This document shows positions 1 to 7,848 of a DNA stretch of 64,000 bases, one piece after another (positions within the stretch are counted from its first letter, which is position 1; each line of letters starts with the position of its first letter). The notes below the pieces were generated by a model that saw only the letters and a program-made list of their open reading frames with translations, was not told where the DNA came from and ran no database searches. This DNA comes from Verrucomicrobia bacterium UBA6982. GTDB lineage: Bacteria; Verrucomicrobiota; Kiritimatiellia; RFP12; UBA3636. A program made the translations under genes and the position numbers. The stretch is taken from NCBI GenBank assembly GCA_002448475.1, contig DJYI01000126.1, positions 64,214 to 128,213 of the forward strand, in the 5' to 3' direction.

Positions 1-2153
1 AGGTCGGCGTCGACCGTTGCGGCCGGGACGTGGAGTTCCGTCCCCTCGGCGAAGGTCACGGCGAGGCCGTTCAGCGCCTGCGCCCCGGCGACCTTGAGCG
101 CGCCCGACGCGACGTGCAGCGCGTTCGTGCCCGCGACCGGTGCAGTGGCCTCGTCGCCGTCGATGAAGCACGGCCGTGCCGCGAGCGCCAGAACGCCTTC
201 GCCCTCCTTAATGAGCTGGCCCGCGTAGGTGACGGGCGTCGCGAGCGTCAGCGTCGCGCCGACTGCGACATTCAGCCGCCCCTGCGCGACAATCGAAACG
301 CCGCGGTTGAGCGAAGCGTCGAACAAGAGGTCGTTCGTCACGACCACGCAACTGCCGTTCGCAACGGTGAAGCCGTTCCAGGCGAACGCTCCAAGAGGGC
401 CGCCGACATTGCGCGCGTCCCAGAGGTGGAAGGATACGTCGCCCGTCACGCTGATTTTGCCGGTGTAGTTCGTGTTGAGGCCCGTGAACCCGGCGCGGAA
501 GTGCGGGTCCGATACGCCCGGCGCGACCCGGATGACGATGTTGCCGTCGCCTTCGAGACTGGAGTCGAGGCGGAAGTAGTTGTTGAGATAGCCTTGGAAC
601 ACGGCGACCGCAGTTGCATCCGAGTGCGCCGGGACCGTCACCTTGCCGCCGGCGATGTATTGGAGTCTGTCGTGGCCGGCGGGCAGGCCGGAGGCGTAGA
701 AGTTCAGGCGCACCGCGTCCTCGCCAGACTTGCGCACGGGCAGGACGAGGTTCGTGATGACCGTCCCCTCGCACCATGGCGTTACGCTGCCGATTGTCGT
801 GAGCCCGCTGCCGGGGAAAACGTATTCTCCTTTTCCGGCGACGTCCGGCGAGAACGAATACCACTTGGCGTAGTATTCCGCGCCGCCGTGGACCGCGCGG
901 TCGTCCGACCACGTTGTGGAGGACGGCGTGAGGCCGCTGCCGGTCGCGATGACGACCGGGTCGTGGACGAGCGCGAGCACGGTGGAGCCGTTCTCGCCGG
1001 GAATCAGTTCAAGCCGCCAGTGCGGGATGCCGTAGGATCCCGTCCCGACGTTCACGACCGCGAAGTCGTCGAGGGATGCCGCAACGCCGCTCGCCAGCGT
1101 GAGCAGCACGTTCGTCTCGGCGGGCTTCGTGACGGACGTGTTGGTGCCGTAGGAAAAGAGCGACGCGCCGCCGAAGTCGAAAGTGACGGGGGCGGTGCCG
1201 CGCGAAATGGCGTTCGTCACGACGATGCGCGTCGAAGCCGTCACGCCGGAGATGGCGGCCCCGTCAGCGACGCAGAGGTCGCCGATCGTCCACGTCTTGG
1301 CGCCCGGCTCCCAGACGCCGCCGGACTGGAGCGACAGGGCGCGGAGCGAAAGAGAGGAGACGCTGGTCCCAGGTCTCACGCCGCCCCGGTTGCCCGCTTC
1401 CACCGTGCCGCCGAACAAGGGGCAGTTGAGCATGAGATAGTAAACTGCCCCCGCGGTCGAAAGCTTGCCGTTCCCGTTCACCTCCACCTTACCGAAGTAG
1501 CCGGAAGCGTCGCCGACCATATTTTCAATGTGGCTTCCAGATATGGTGTTGTCCGGCTGGACGAGCATCACGGCGTCGGATTCGCCTTTAAGAGTTCCGA
1601 ATTGAATGTTGCTCTTACTGGCGGAACCGATGTTCGCCGAGTAGATGAAGGGGCTTGAAGCCGTGGCCTGGACTTCAAGTGCGTTCATTTTGGCCGTCAT
1701 CCAGCTAGAATAGTGGACGATTTTCGCCCCGTTTCGCACGACGATGCGGCGAGCGCCGAAGTCGAGCGTCGTCGTGTTCCGGAAGGAGTGCGTCCCGCCC
1801 GAGTAGACGAAGATGTCACCGGCCTGTCCGGGGATCGTCAAGGTGGCGGGCGTGTTGCCCGTTCCGCCGCCTGCGACGGTGGTCGTGTGGGCAAAGTAGT
1901 TCTTGCCCGCGCCTATGGCCGATCCGTCGGACCAGACGCGTCCCGCGTATGGGGCGCTGCTTCCGTCCAGAAGGGTGCTGTAGGTGAAGCAGTTGCCCCA
2001 GGCGTCTGCGGCCTTCATCGTAACGTATCCGGCGGCCGCAGCCTCGGCGGTTGTGGTCGGAACGGCAGTCGCTGCCGGGGATCGGACAGAAGCGCCAAGT
2101 ACGAACGCGAAGGAAAATGCGGCGATGGGTGGAAGTGGCGAGCGCGAGTTCAT
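1..2153 (-). CDS. secreted beta-helix / autotransporter-associated-repeat-like protein, N-terminal ~717 aa only; the gene runs off the window start
   Basis: The minus frame is open from the ATG at 2151-2153 to the window edge, so it is absent from the ORF track. My own translation gives MNSRSPLPPIAAFSFAFVLGASVRSPAA (signal peptide) followed by G/T/S/N-rich repeats (GGTGNTPATLTIPG...). An AGGAG RBS lies 6 nt upstream on the minus strand (revcomp of 2154-2170). The + ORF 30..1658 is an R/D/E-rich antisense artefact. Confidence 0.5.
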   Translation of the reverse strand, partial: MNSRSPLPPIAAFSFAFVLGASVRSPAATAVPTTTAEAAAAGYVTMKAADAWGNCFTYSTLLDGSSAPYAGRVWSDGSAIGAGKNYFAHTTTVAGGGTGNTPATLTIPGQAGDIFVYSGGTHSFRNTTTLDFGARRIVVRNGAKIVHYSSWMTAKMNALEVQATASSPFIYSANIGSASKSNIQFGTLKGESDAVMLVQPDNTISGSHIENMVGDASGYFGKVEVNGNGKLSTAGAVYYLMLNCPLFGGTVEAGNRGGVRPGTSVSSLSLRALSLQSGGVWEPGAKTWTIGDLCVADGAAISGVTASTRIVVTNAISRGTAPVTFDFGGASLFSYGTNTSVTKPAETNVLLTLASGVAASLDDFAVVNVGTGSYGIPHWRLELIPGENGSTVLALVHDPVVIATGSGLTPSSTTWSDDRAVHGGAEYYAKWYSFSPDVAGKGEYVFPGSGLTTIGSVTPWCEGTVITNLVLPVRKSGEDAVRLNFYASGLPAGHDRLQYIAGGKVTVPAHSDATAVAVFQGYLNNYFRLDSSLEGDGNIVIRVAPGVSDPHFRAGFTGLNTNYTGKISVTGDVSFHLWDARNVGGPLGAFAWNGFTVANGSCVVVTNDLLFDASLNRGVSIVAQGRLNVAVGATLTLATPVTYAGQLIKEGEGVLALAARPCFIDGDEATAPVAGTNALHVASGALKVAGAQALNGLAVTFAEGTELHVPAATVDAD

Positions 2154-2306
2154 GTTGTTCTCCTTATGGTTGGGACGGGAACCATTCTCCCGGTATCGCG
2201 CCTGGGTATCCATTGCGAAGATGGGACACGGATTGGTTACGAAAATGAGACAACTTGTCTTGAAATCTACTTGCGCAACGAACCGGGCGGTGCTATCCTT
2301 CCGGCC

Positions 2307-3524
2307 ATGCGAGACAAACTGCCAAACGCGCCTGGCTCCACGCACGTCGTCGCCGCCGTTTCGTCCGAAAAGTGCGACGGGCGCGACACGCAGCGCGGCA
2401 TCGCCGCCGTCGCCGCCGAGTGCGGGTGGACTCTCGACTTCGTGGACAGCGCCAGGACCGGCGCGGACTTCGGGCCGTTTCGCCGGGTTCTGGAAGACGC
2501 GGACGGCGTGATCGCGAACGGCGCCGACATGGCGGGTCGGGCGGTGGCGCTCATGCCTGCCGGCGTACCGTTCGTCGCCATGAACATCCGGCCGGATCTA
2601 CGGAACGAGCGAACGGCGGCGGCGTGGGCGATTGTCGTGAGCGACGAACGCAGGATCGGCGGAGCCGCGGCCGCGGAGCTTCTCGCCCACGATTTGCGCG
2701 CGTTCGCGTTCGTGCCGATGCTCCGGCGCTACGAATGGACCAAGCCGCGCGGCGACGCCTTTCTCGCGGCGGTGCGGACGGCAGGACGCGACGCGCGGCT
2801 CTATCATCCGCACACCCGATGGGGGTGGGTGGCGGAGCGCGAATTTCTCTCCAAATGGCTCCTGGCGCTGCCGCGACCGTTCGGAATCTTCGCCGGAAAC
2901 GACCTACTGGCGAAGTTGGCCTTCGACGCGTGCCGCCTGGCGGGGCTGCGGGTGCCGGACGACGCCATGATCATCGGCGCGGACGACGATGAAATGCTGT
3001 GCCGCTCCACCGTCCCCGAGATGTCGAGCGTTCGCATCGACTTCGAGGGCGCGGGCCGCATGGCGGCGCGACGCCTCTCCGCGTTCATGGGAGGACGCCG
3101 CCCGGCGCGTCTTTCCGTGGGGCGTTACGGCATACTCGGCGTGGCGCGGCGGGGATCGACGCGCGGCGGCGCGGACGGCGCCGACCCGCGCGTCTCGTCG
3201 GGTCTGGACTTCATCGCGGCGCACTTCGCCGACCCTCTCGTCGGGGCGCAGGACGTCGCGGCCGTCATGGGCGTCAGCCGCCGCCAAGCCGACCGCCTCT
3301 TCCGGGCGACCGGCACGAGCATCCGCGCCCATGTTGAGGAACGACGAATGGAGGAGGTCCTGGTCCGGCTGCGCGGATCCTCCGCCGCTGTAAAGGACGT
3401 TGCCGAATCGTGTGGGTTTTCTTCCGACACGTATTTCTCCGCCGCCTTCCGCCGCCACTTCGGCTGCGCCCCCGGTATCTGGCGCCGCCTCCATGCCGAC
3501 GGATCGAAGGATGACCATGCTTGA
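2307..3524 (+). CDS. XylR-like transcriptional regulator (periplasmic-binding-protein-like sugar-binding domain fused to a C-terminal AraC-type HTH)
   Basis: The C-terminus (RLFRATGTSIRAHVEERRMEEV...ESCGFSSDTYFSAAFRRHFGCAPGIWRR) is an AraC HTH. The N-terminal two-thirds resemble a LacI/PBP-type sugar-binding fold. The true ATG is at 2307 (MRDKLPN); the ORF-track N-extension (1713-2306) overlaps the divergent secreted-protein gene. Confidence 0.8.
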   Translation: MRDKLPNAPGSTHVVAAVSSEKCDGRDTQRGIAAVAAECGWTLDFVDSARTGADFGPFRRVLEDADGVIANGADMAGRAVALMPAGVPFVAMNIRPDLRNERTAAAWAIVVSDERRIGGAAAAELLAHDLRAFAFVPMLRRYEWTKPRGDAFLAAVRTAGRDARLYHPHTRWGWVAEREFLSKWLLALPRPFGIFAGNDLLAKLAFDACRLAGLRVPDDAMIIGADDDEMLCRSTVPEMSSVRIDFEGAGRMAARRLSAFMGGRRPARLSVGRYGILGVARRGSTRGGADGADPRVSSGLDFIAAHFADPLVGAQDVAAVMGVSRRQADRLFRATGTSIRAHVEERRMEEVLVRLRGSSAAVKDVAESCGFSSDTYFSAAFRRHFGCAPGIWRRLHADGSKDDHA

Positions 3525-3575
3525 AACAATTGCCGCGTGTTTGCGCTGGCTTGTCCACCGGGCGTTGCGCCGCGG

Positions 3576-3604
3576 CGGTTGTTCTGACATAATAGGCACC
3601 ACGA
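3576..3604 (+). promoter_or_regulatory. candidate sigma70 promoter (-35 TTGCGC, 17-nt spacer, -10 CATAAT) upstream of the ATPase gene fragment
   Basis: Read directly from the sequence: gcgTTGCGCcgcggcggttgttctgaCATAATagg. An AGGAG RBS follows, 9 nt before the ATG at 3625. Confidence 0.35.
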
Positions 3605-3624
3605 GCGGCAAGGAGCGCGGTTTG

Positions 3625-3930
3625 ATGAAGCAGATCAACACCGGCACCAGTGACTTTCAGGATATCATTGAGAGCGAGAGCATCTACGTCGACAAGACGG
3701 CGTGGTTCCATCGTCTCGCCAAGGCGGAAGGGAGGAAAATGTTCTTCCTCGCGCGGCCGCGGCGGTTCGGCAAGTCGCTGATGATCTCGACGCTGAAGGC
3801 CATGTTCCAGGGGCGGCGCGACCTCTTCGAGGGGCTCGCCATCATGGACACAGACTGGGACTGGGAAGCGGAGAGGCGTCCCGTCATCCATTTCAACATG
3901 GGCAAGTGCGCTGCGGCGGACTACGAGACG
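3625..3930 (+). pseudogene. truncated N-terminal fragment (~100 aa) of an AAA-ATPase_like (PF09820-type) family protein, paralogous to the intact gene at 5671..7452
   Basis: MKQINTGTSDFQDIIESESIYVDKTAWF...MFFLARPRRFGKSLMISTLKAMF aligns to the N-terminus of the 593-aa ATPase (YIDKTGYI...LFLVRPRRFGKSLMASMLRCYY). Similarity stops near 3930 and the frame ends at 4035. A promoter-like region and an RBS are retained. Confidence 0.55.
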
Positions 3931-4601
3931 TTCGCGGCGGCGGCGACGTCCAGGACGCGGAAGGCGCGGTGCGCGGCCTTCGTCCCCTTGAAGTTCATCG
4001 ACACCCTCCCCTTCCACGGCGCGAGGCCCGTGTAGGGGACGCGGCAGCGGAAGCGAAACCGGCCCGACCATGCGGCCGTGCGGAAATCCTCGAAGAACCA
4101 CTCGCCGTCGCTTCCCGCCACGGACGCCTCGATGCCGCCGAACAGGCCACTCAGGCGGAAGACGCCATCGGCATCGGGACGCCGTGGCGGCTGCGGCGGC
4201 AGGTCGTCGAACGACTCGGGCGGCACCTCGACGCAGAGGTCGGCGGCGCCATCCTCGCCGCACGGCTGTAAATCGAGCGCCCACGTGACGGTGAACGAGC
4301 CGTCGCCCTGCGGTTCGAGGAATTTCTCGACTTTGACGTCCTTGCGGAAGAGTCGTGGGCTACGGCCCAGCTCAAGTTCAGGGGCGGCGGCGAGTTCTTC
4401 AAGAAGCTCGACTTGCCGCCTGGCGAGGTGCACATGGAGTTTGACGGATGCCATTACGGAATCGGCTACGAAGGGGATTTGAAGCCTTCGCAAAACGGGT
4501 GGACGCTTTATCCGATCAATGGCAAGGGCGCAATACTGTTCTAGGGGACACTTCCGGTCGGCATCCTTCCCCTTTGTGTCACTTGTGTCATTGGTGGTCA
4601 T
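3921..4601 (-). CDS. hypothetical protein (226 aa; the start may be the internal ATG at 4454)
   Basis: An open minus-strand frame with balanced, non-R-rich composition (…FTVTWALDLQPCGEDGAADLCVEVPPESFDDL…). No family was recognised. It ends exactly where the ATPase fragment loses homology. No clear RBS. Confidence 0.35.
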   Translation of the reverse strand: MTTNDTSDTKGKDADRKCPLEQYCALAIDRIKRPPVLRRLQIPFVADSVMASVKLHVHLARRQVELLEELAAAPELELGRSPRLFRKDVKVEKFLEPQGDGSFTVTWALDLQPCGEDGAADLCVEVPPESFDDLPPQPPRRPDADGVFRLSGLFGGIEASVAGSDGEWFFEDFRTAAWSGRFRFRCRVPYTGLAPWKGRVSMNFKGTKAAHRAFRVLDVAAAANVS

Positions 4602-4616
4602 TTGACGTTTGTGTCA
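4575..4616 (+). repeat. three direct copies of TTGTGTCA(T/C) (4575-4581, 4584-4590, 4610-4616) plus a GGTGGTCA variant; possible operator or recombination site
   Basis: Read directly: cctTTGTGTCACtTGTGTCATtggtggtcatttgacgttTGTGTCATgg. The array lies between the minus hypothetical gene and the + small gene. Confidence 0.45.
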
Positions 4617-4641
4617 TGGACGCAAACTCCAAACGAGGAAG

Positions 4642-4986
4642 ATGTCGGAGTCTGTCCCCCTACCACCCTCTGGCCGCGCCCGTGCGAGGCGAACGGGCCG
4701 GAATGCCGGGCGCAGTGGAGCGTGCGCCTCGGCGGCCGTGCTGACGTTTCGCCTGATTAGGGAGTTCGACAAGGCGCGGCTGCTGGAGAAGAGGACGTAT
4801 TCGCGGACCATGGCGCTGCTGCGGCGCGCCAAGAAAATCCGCATCGGCGAACATGGGGAATGGCTGCCCGTTCGGATGAATCCGTCAACTGGGAAAATGC
4901 TCGCGGCGCTCGGTCTGGACATCGCGGCGTCCGCGACACCCAAACGCAGACCGGGCCGACCGCCAAAAATCGGAACGCCCGATTGA
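4642..4986 (+). CDS. small basic hypothetical protein with a C-terminal AT-hook-like motif (KRRPGRPPK); possible DNA-binding protein
   Basis: The ATG at 4642 is preceded by a GAGGAAG RBS. It encodes a 114-aa product (MSESVPLPPSGRARARRTGRN...FRLIREFDKARLLEKRTYSR...PKRRPGRPPKIGTPD). A rho-independent terminator follows at 5074-5120. Confidence 0.4.
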   Translation: MSESVPLPPSGRARARRTGRNAGRSGACASAAVLTFRLIREFDKARLLEKRTYSRTMALLRRAKKIRIGEHGEWLPVRMNPSTGKMLAALGLDIAASATPKRRPGRPPKIGTPD

Positions 4987-5073
4987 AAACCACCATGGCA
5001 CATGGTATTCTTCGCGCCAACGCCTCGCCTGTTGGCGGGGTGTCACCCAAGCCAATTGGGAAAGTTCTAATTC

Positions 5074-5120
5074 AGTCGGCCACCGCGCGCGAATGCGCGC
5101 GAGGCCGACTGCGTTTTTTA
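5074..5120 (+). terminator. rho-independent terminator (stem agtcggcc…ggccgact, then TTTTTT)
   Basis: agtcggccaccgcgcgcgaatgcgcgcgaggccgactgcgttttttag: a GC-rich hairpin followed by a T6 run on the + strand. Confidence 0.6.
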
Positions 5121-5123
5121 GGG

Positions 5124-5600
5124 TTACAGAAACGGCGCCATATAGAGCGGCAGATAGACGATGCCGTCCTTTTCGCGGACGTCGCCGGAATGAAGGACGA
5201 ATGGCGTGTCGATGCGCCGGGCGAACTTCCGCCGGAATTTCACGAGGTATTTCGTCGCATACCGCCTTCCGGACTTCACCTCGACCGCCAAAACGTTGCG
5301 ATTGCGCGACGGCGACCGGCTCGGGACCAGAAAGTCGATCTCCATCCGGTTCTCGGCGTTTTCGTCGTCCGACCGCGAGTAGAAGTACGGCTTGCGTCCG
5401 GCGGCGACGAGCATCTAGGCGACGACATTCTCCACCAGCATGCCTTCGTTCAGCTCGATTTCGTCAAAGAGGATGCGGCGATGGATTTCGCCAGCGGCAA
5501 GGGCCGTCTCGTCGAATGCGTGGCTCACGAGGAGTCCGGTGTCGCCGAATATGACATTTTGAGGCGACTTGAACTTACACGAAATGGAGGTTTTGCGATT
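5124..5600 (-). pseudogene. C-terminal fragment of a DUF4143/AAA_14-type ATPase, interrupted by an in-frame TAG at 5415-5417 and lacking the N-terminal ATPase domain
   Basis: Own translation of the minus strand gives ...CKFKSPQNVIFGDTGLLVSHAFDETALAAGEIHRRILFDEIELNEGMLVENVVA*MLVAAGRKPYFYSRSDDENAENRMEIDFLV...VLAVEVKSGRRYATKYLVKF...IVYLPLYMAPFL. This matches the DUF4143 C-terminus (KSPK.YF.DTGL…E.DF…AIEVK…YLP.YM..FL). It is truncated upstream by the stop of the 5671..7452 gene. Confidence 0.6.
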
Positions 5601-5670
5601 GGGCGAATGGGTGTGGAAATCGCCCGGAAGCCCCCTCGCAGACCGCTTGTTCGCTGAGGACGGCGTGCCT

Positions 5671-7452
5671 CTACATCGCCTCTTCGGCGATCTGCTCGAT
5701 GCGGACCGGGTCGTCGCCCCTGAACTGATAGACGATCTGGTGCAGCGTCGTGCCGCGCGCGAGCGACGGCACGAATCGGTCGGCCCGGTATTTCTTGAGC
5801 TGGTCCAGTGCCTCGGCGTATTTCGCGGCGATTTCGGCGTCGGTCGCGTCGGCGGCGGAGTGTTTCAGTTCGATGAGGTAGCTGTGCTTCACGTCGCCGA
5901 AGTATGTGCGCTCCGGGAAGAGGGCGAAGTCGCAGTAGCCCCGAGAGAGTTCCATCTCCGGCCGCGCGAGATAGAAGTTGATGTGCCCGAACTCGCACTG
6001 CATGTAGCCCTGGATGCGGATCTCGCGGTCGATTCCCCCGCGGACCGGCTGCGTCGCCTTGAGGTCGGTCGCCAGGCGTTCCAGAAACGGCTTCCATTCG
6101 CCGCGATAGGCCATCGCGGAGGCAAGCTTGCTCCATGCAAGCCAGCTCGGGCGGCGGCCGACGTGGTAGGCGTCGCGCAGGTAGCCGAAAAGCTGCCTTT
6201 CGACGCAGGCGTTCGGGATTTTGAAGACGGTCTGCCCCTCTTCGCGGCCGCCCATCGACAAAATGCCATAGTAGAAGAAGAGAGAACGGAAGTTCTCTTC
6301 GTCTGCGATTTTGTCCGCCGGGAAGGAATCCACGAGGTCGAAGGAGATTTGTCCAGTGGCGGCCAGCTGCTCCGTGAGCGGAAGGACATCCTCGACGACG
6401 CCGGTGTCGTCGGCGTCCTCCCCGAATTTCGCGTGGAACTGCGCGTGCTGGATGTCCGCGATTGTTTCAAGCTTCTCGTAGTCGGTTGCGATGTTGCGGT
6501 CAACCATGTTCCTTGGCGGTTTCCCGGAAAAGACGAGGGATTTCAGATGGTAGAGGACCATGTCGGAATTGAAAACGGACTCCTCGCCGACCTTTTCCTC
6601 GGAGAAGCAATAACCGTCGTACCATGGCTTGAAGGCCGAAACCCATTTCTCGGCGGTTCCATCGAGATAGGCACCAGTGCCCTTGAAGTCGGAATAGAGT
6701 TGCAGGACTTCCGTCTCGGAGAAGCCGAGCATCGAATTGAAGTCCGGTTCCAGGGAAATATTCGAGGCAATGTTGAAGCCGCTCGTGAGGTCGTCCATCG
6801 TGACGGGCGAGACGCCAGTCATGTAGATGCGGTCGAACGCCGCCTTGAACGACTTGAACCACTCCCGGTAGAAGCCTTCGCCGTGCGTGACGCTCCGATA
6901 CGGTTCGTTGCCATCGGCCCGGAGCATTTGGTTCGTGAAGTTGTCGTATTCGTCCAGCATCAGGTAGAGGGGAAAGCCAACTTCCTTTGCCGTCTTGACC
7001 ATCATGTCAAACTTGTCCGCAGGGGCCCCTTTCGCGAATTCCGCGAGAAAAGCATCGCCGTATTTCGACCCGTGGCGCAACATGAATGAGTCGAGACACC
7101 GGCCGACATAGTTCTCGAAACGTTCTTGGAGCGTTCGTCCGATTCCCTTGTTCACCTCGGAAAAGTCCATGTAGAGGACCTGGTAGCGGTTTCGGTTCTC
7201 CGTTGGGTTCCTTGCGATTTCCAGGTCGCCGAAGAGTCTGTCGAAGTTGTCCTTCTCGGCGCTGTCGTAGTAGCAGCGGAGCATGCTGGCCATTAGCGAC
7301 TTGCCGAAGCGGCGCGGGCGCACGAGGAACAGGAAACGTCCAGCCTGCTCCAGAAGCGGGATGTAGCCCGTCTTGTCGATGTAATAGAGGTTTTCGTTGC
7401 GGATGGTCTTGAAGTCCGCGACGCCGTATGGAATTTTGAGGTTGTCTTTCAT
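5671..7452 (-). CDS. AAA-ATPase_like (PF09820-type) N-terminal domain plus PD-(D/E)XK nuclease-like (PDDEXK_9-type) C-terminal domain protein, 593 aa
   Basis: The N-terminus has the family hallmark RPRRFGKS and the C-terminus has GYCDFALF…YLIELKHSA. ATG at 7450-7452; a GGAG RBS lies 8 nt upstream. Confidence 0.85.
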   Translation of the reverse strand: MKDNLKIPYGVADFKTIRNENLYYIDKTGYIPLLEQAGRFLFLVRPRRFGKSLMASMLRCYYDSAEKDNFDRLFGDLEIARNPTENRNRYQVLYMDFSEVNKGIGRTLQERFENYVGRCLDSFMLRHGSKYGDAFLAEFAKGAPADKFDMMVKTAKEVGFPLYLMLDEYDNFTNQMLRADGNEPYRSVTHGEGFYREWFKSFKAAFDRIYMTGVSPVTMDDLTSGFNIASNISLEPDFNSMLGFSETEVLQLYSDFKGTGAYLDGTAEKWVSAFKPWYDGYCFSEEKVGEESVFNSDMVLYHLKSLVFSGKPPRNMVDRNIATDYEKLETIADIQHAQFHAKFGEDADDTGVVEDVLPLTEQLAATGQISFDLVDSFPADKIADEENFRSLFFYYGILSMGGREEGQTVFKIPNACVERQLFGYLRDAYHVGRRPSWLAWSKLASAMAYRGEWKPFLERLATDLKATQPVRGGIDREIRIQGYMQCEFGHINFYLARPEMELSRGYCDFALFPERTYFGDVKHSYLIELKHSAADATDAEIAAKYAEALDQLKKYRADRFVPSLARGTTLHQIVYQFRGDDPVRIEQIAEEAM

Positions 7453-7479
7453 GGCCGCTCCGTGTCGTTCACGGCTTCA

Positions 7480-7508
7480 ATTCTACCATACTGTTCGGCG
7501 AAAGCCAA
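7480..7508 (-). promoter_or_regulatory. candidate sigma70 promoter for the ATPase gene (-35 TTGGCT, 17-nt spacer, extended -10 TGgTAGAAT)
   Basis: Minus-strand reading: gcgcTTGGCTttcgccgaacagtaTGgTAGAATtgaagccgtgaacgacacGGAGcggccATG. Confidence 0.45.
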
Positions 7509-7526
7509 GCGCGCGCCGAAGCGCCG

Positions 7527-7558
7527 GTTGAAAGGTTGAAAGGTTGAAAAGTTGAAAG
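7527..7558 (+). repeat. tandem 8-bp-period repeat GTTGAAAG x4 (site A), immediately upstream of the ATPase-gene promoter
   Basis: ccgGTTGAAAGGTTGAAAGGTTGAAAAGTTGAAAGggg. Related arrays occur at 35192-35224 and 45124-45147. Confidence 0.75.
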
Positions 7559-7688
7559 GGGTGCAACCAAAATCTGTTCCGTGCAACGGAACGCAAAGAG
7601 CGCAAGGAAAATTGCGGCTGTGGCATCGTACGCCGCCGTTGGCGGCTATGCCACAAGCCGCCATTTTCAGTCCACCGTTTTGGCCCCC

Positions 7689-7748
7689 AAAAAAGCGGGC
7701 CGATTGTGTCATAGCCGCGCAGCGGCGTTCGATGACACATCGGCCCGC
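7689..7748 (-). terminator. rho-independent terminator for the Mla operon: 17-bp near-perfect inverted repeat (gcgggccgattgtgtcat / atgacacatcggcccgc), then TTTTTT on the minus strand
   Basis: + strand: aaaaaaGCGGGCCGATTGTGTCATagccgcgcagcggcgttcgATGACACATCGGCCCGC. On the minus strand the stem is followed by a T6 run. The arms contain the TTGTGTCAT motif. Confidence 0.55.
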
Positions 7749-7848
7749 GTGATTGCGGCCTTTGCGTTCTGACAAAGGTTGGTCACACCCTTTGCAGCGG
7801 CGCCAATTTCAGCTTTCGGACTGGCAAACGTCGCGCCGAGCCGGGATG

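Noticed and set aside
30-1658. Long + strand ORF (542 aa) and similar long ORFs antisense to real genes (e.g. 5569..7089 +, 9441..10547 +, 11722..13449 +, 14407..15870 -, 29361..31466 +, 32458..35094 +, 45290..46885 -)
   Set aside because: They have an Arg/Asp/Glu/Gly-rich low-complexity composition, no recognisable motifs, and lie opposite genes with clear family signatures. This is the usual high-GC antisense open-frame artefact.
1713-2306. N-terminal 198-aa extension of the XylR-like regulator ORF
   Set aside because: It overlaps the divergent secreted-protein gene (start 2153, minus strand). The regulator family begins at the ATG at 2307.
3400-5700. Mobile element (IS/transposon or prophage) call for the ATPase island
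   Set aside because: No transposase, integrase or recombinase gene and no clear terminal inverted repeats or target duplication were found. Only short motif recurrences, which I report as findings instead.
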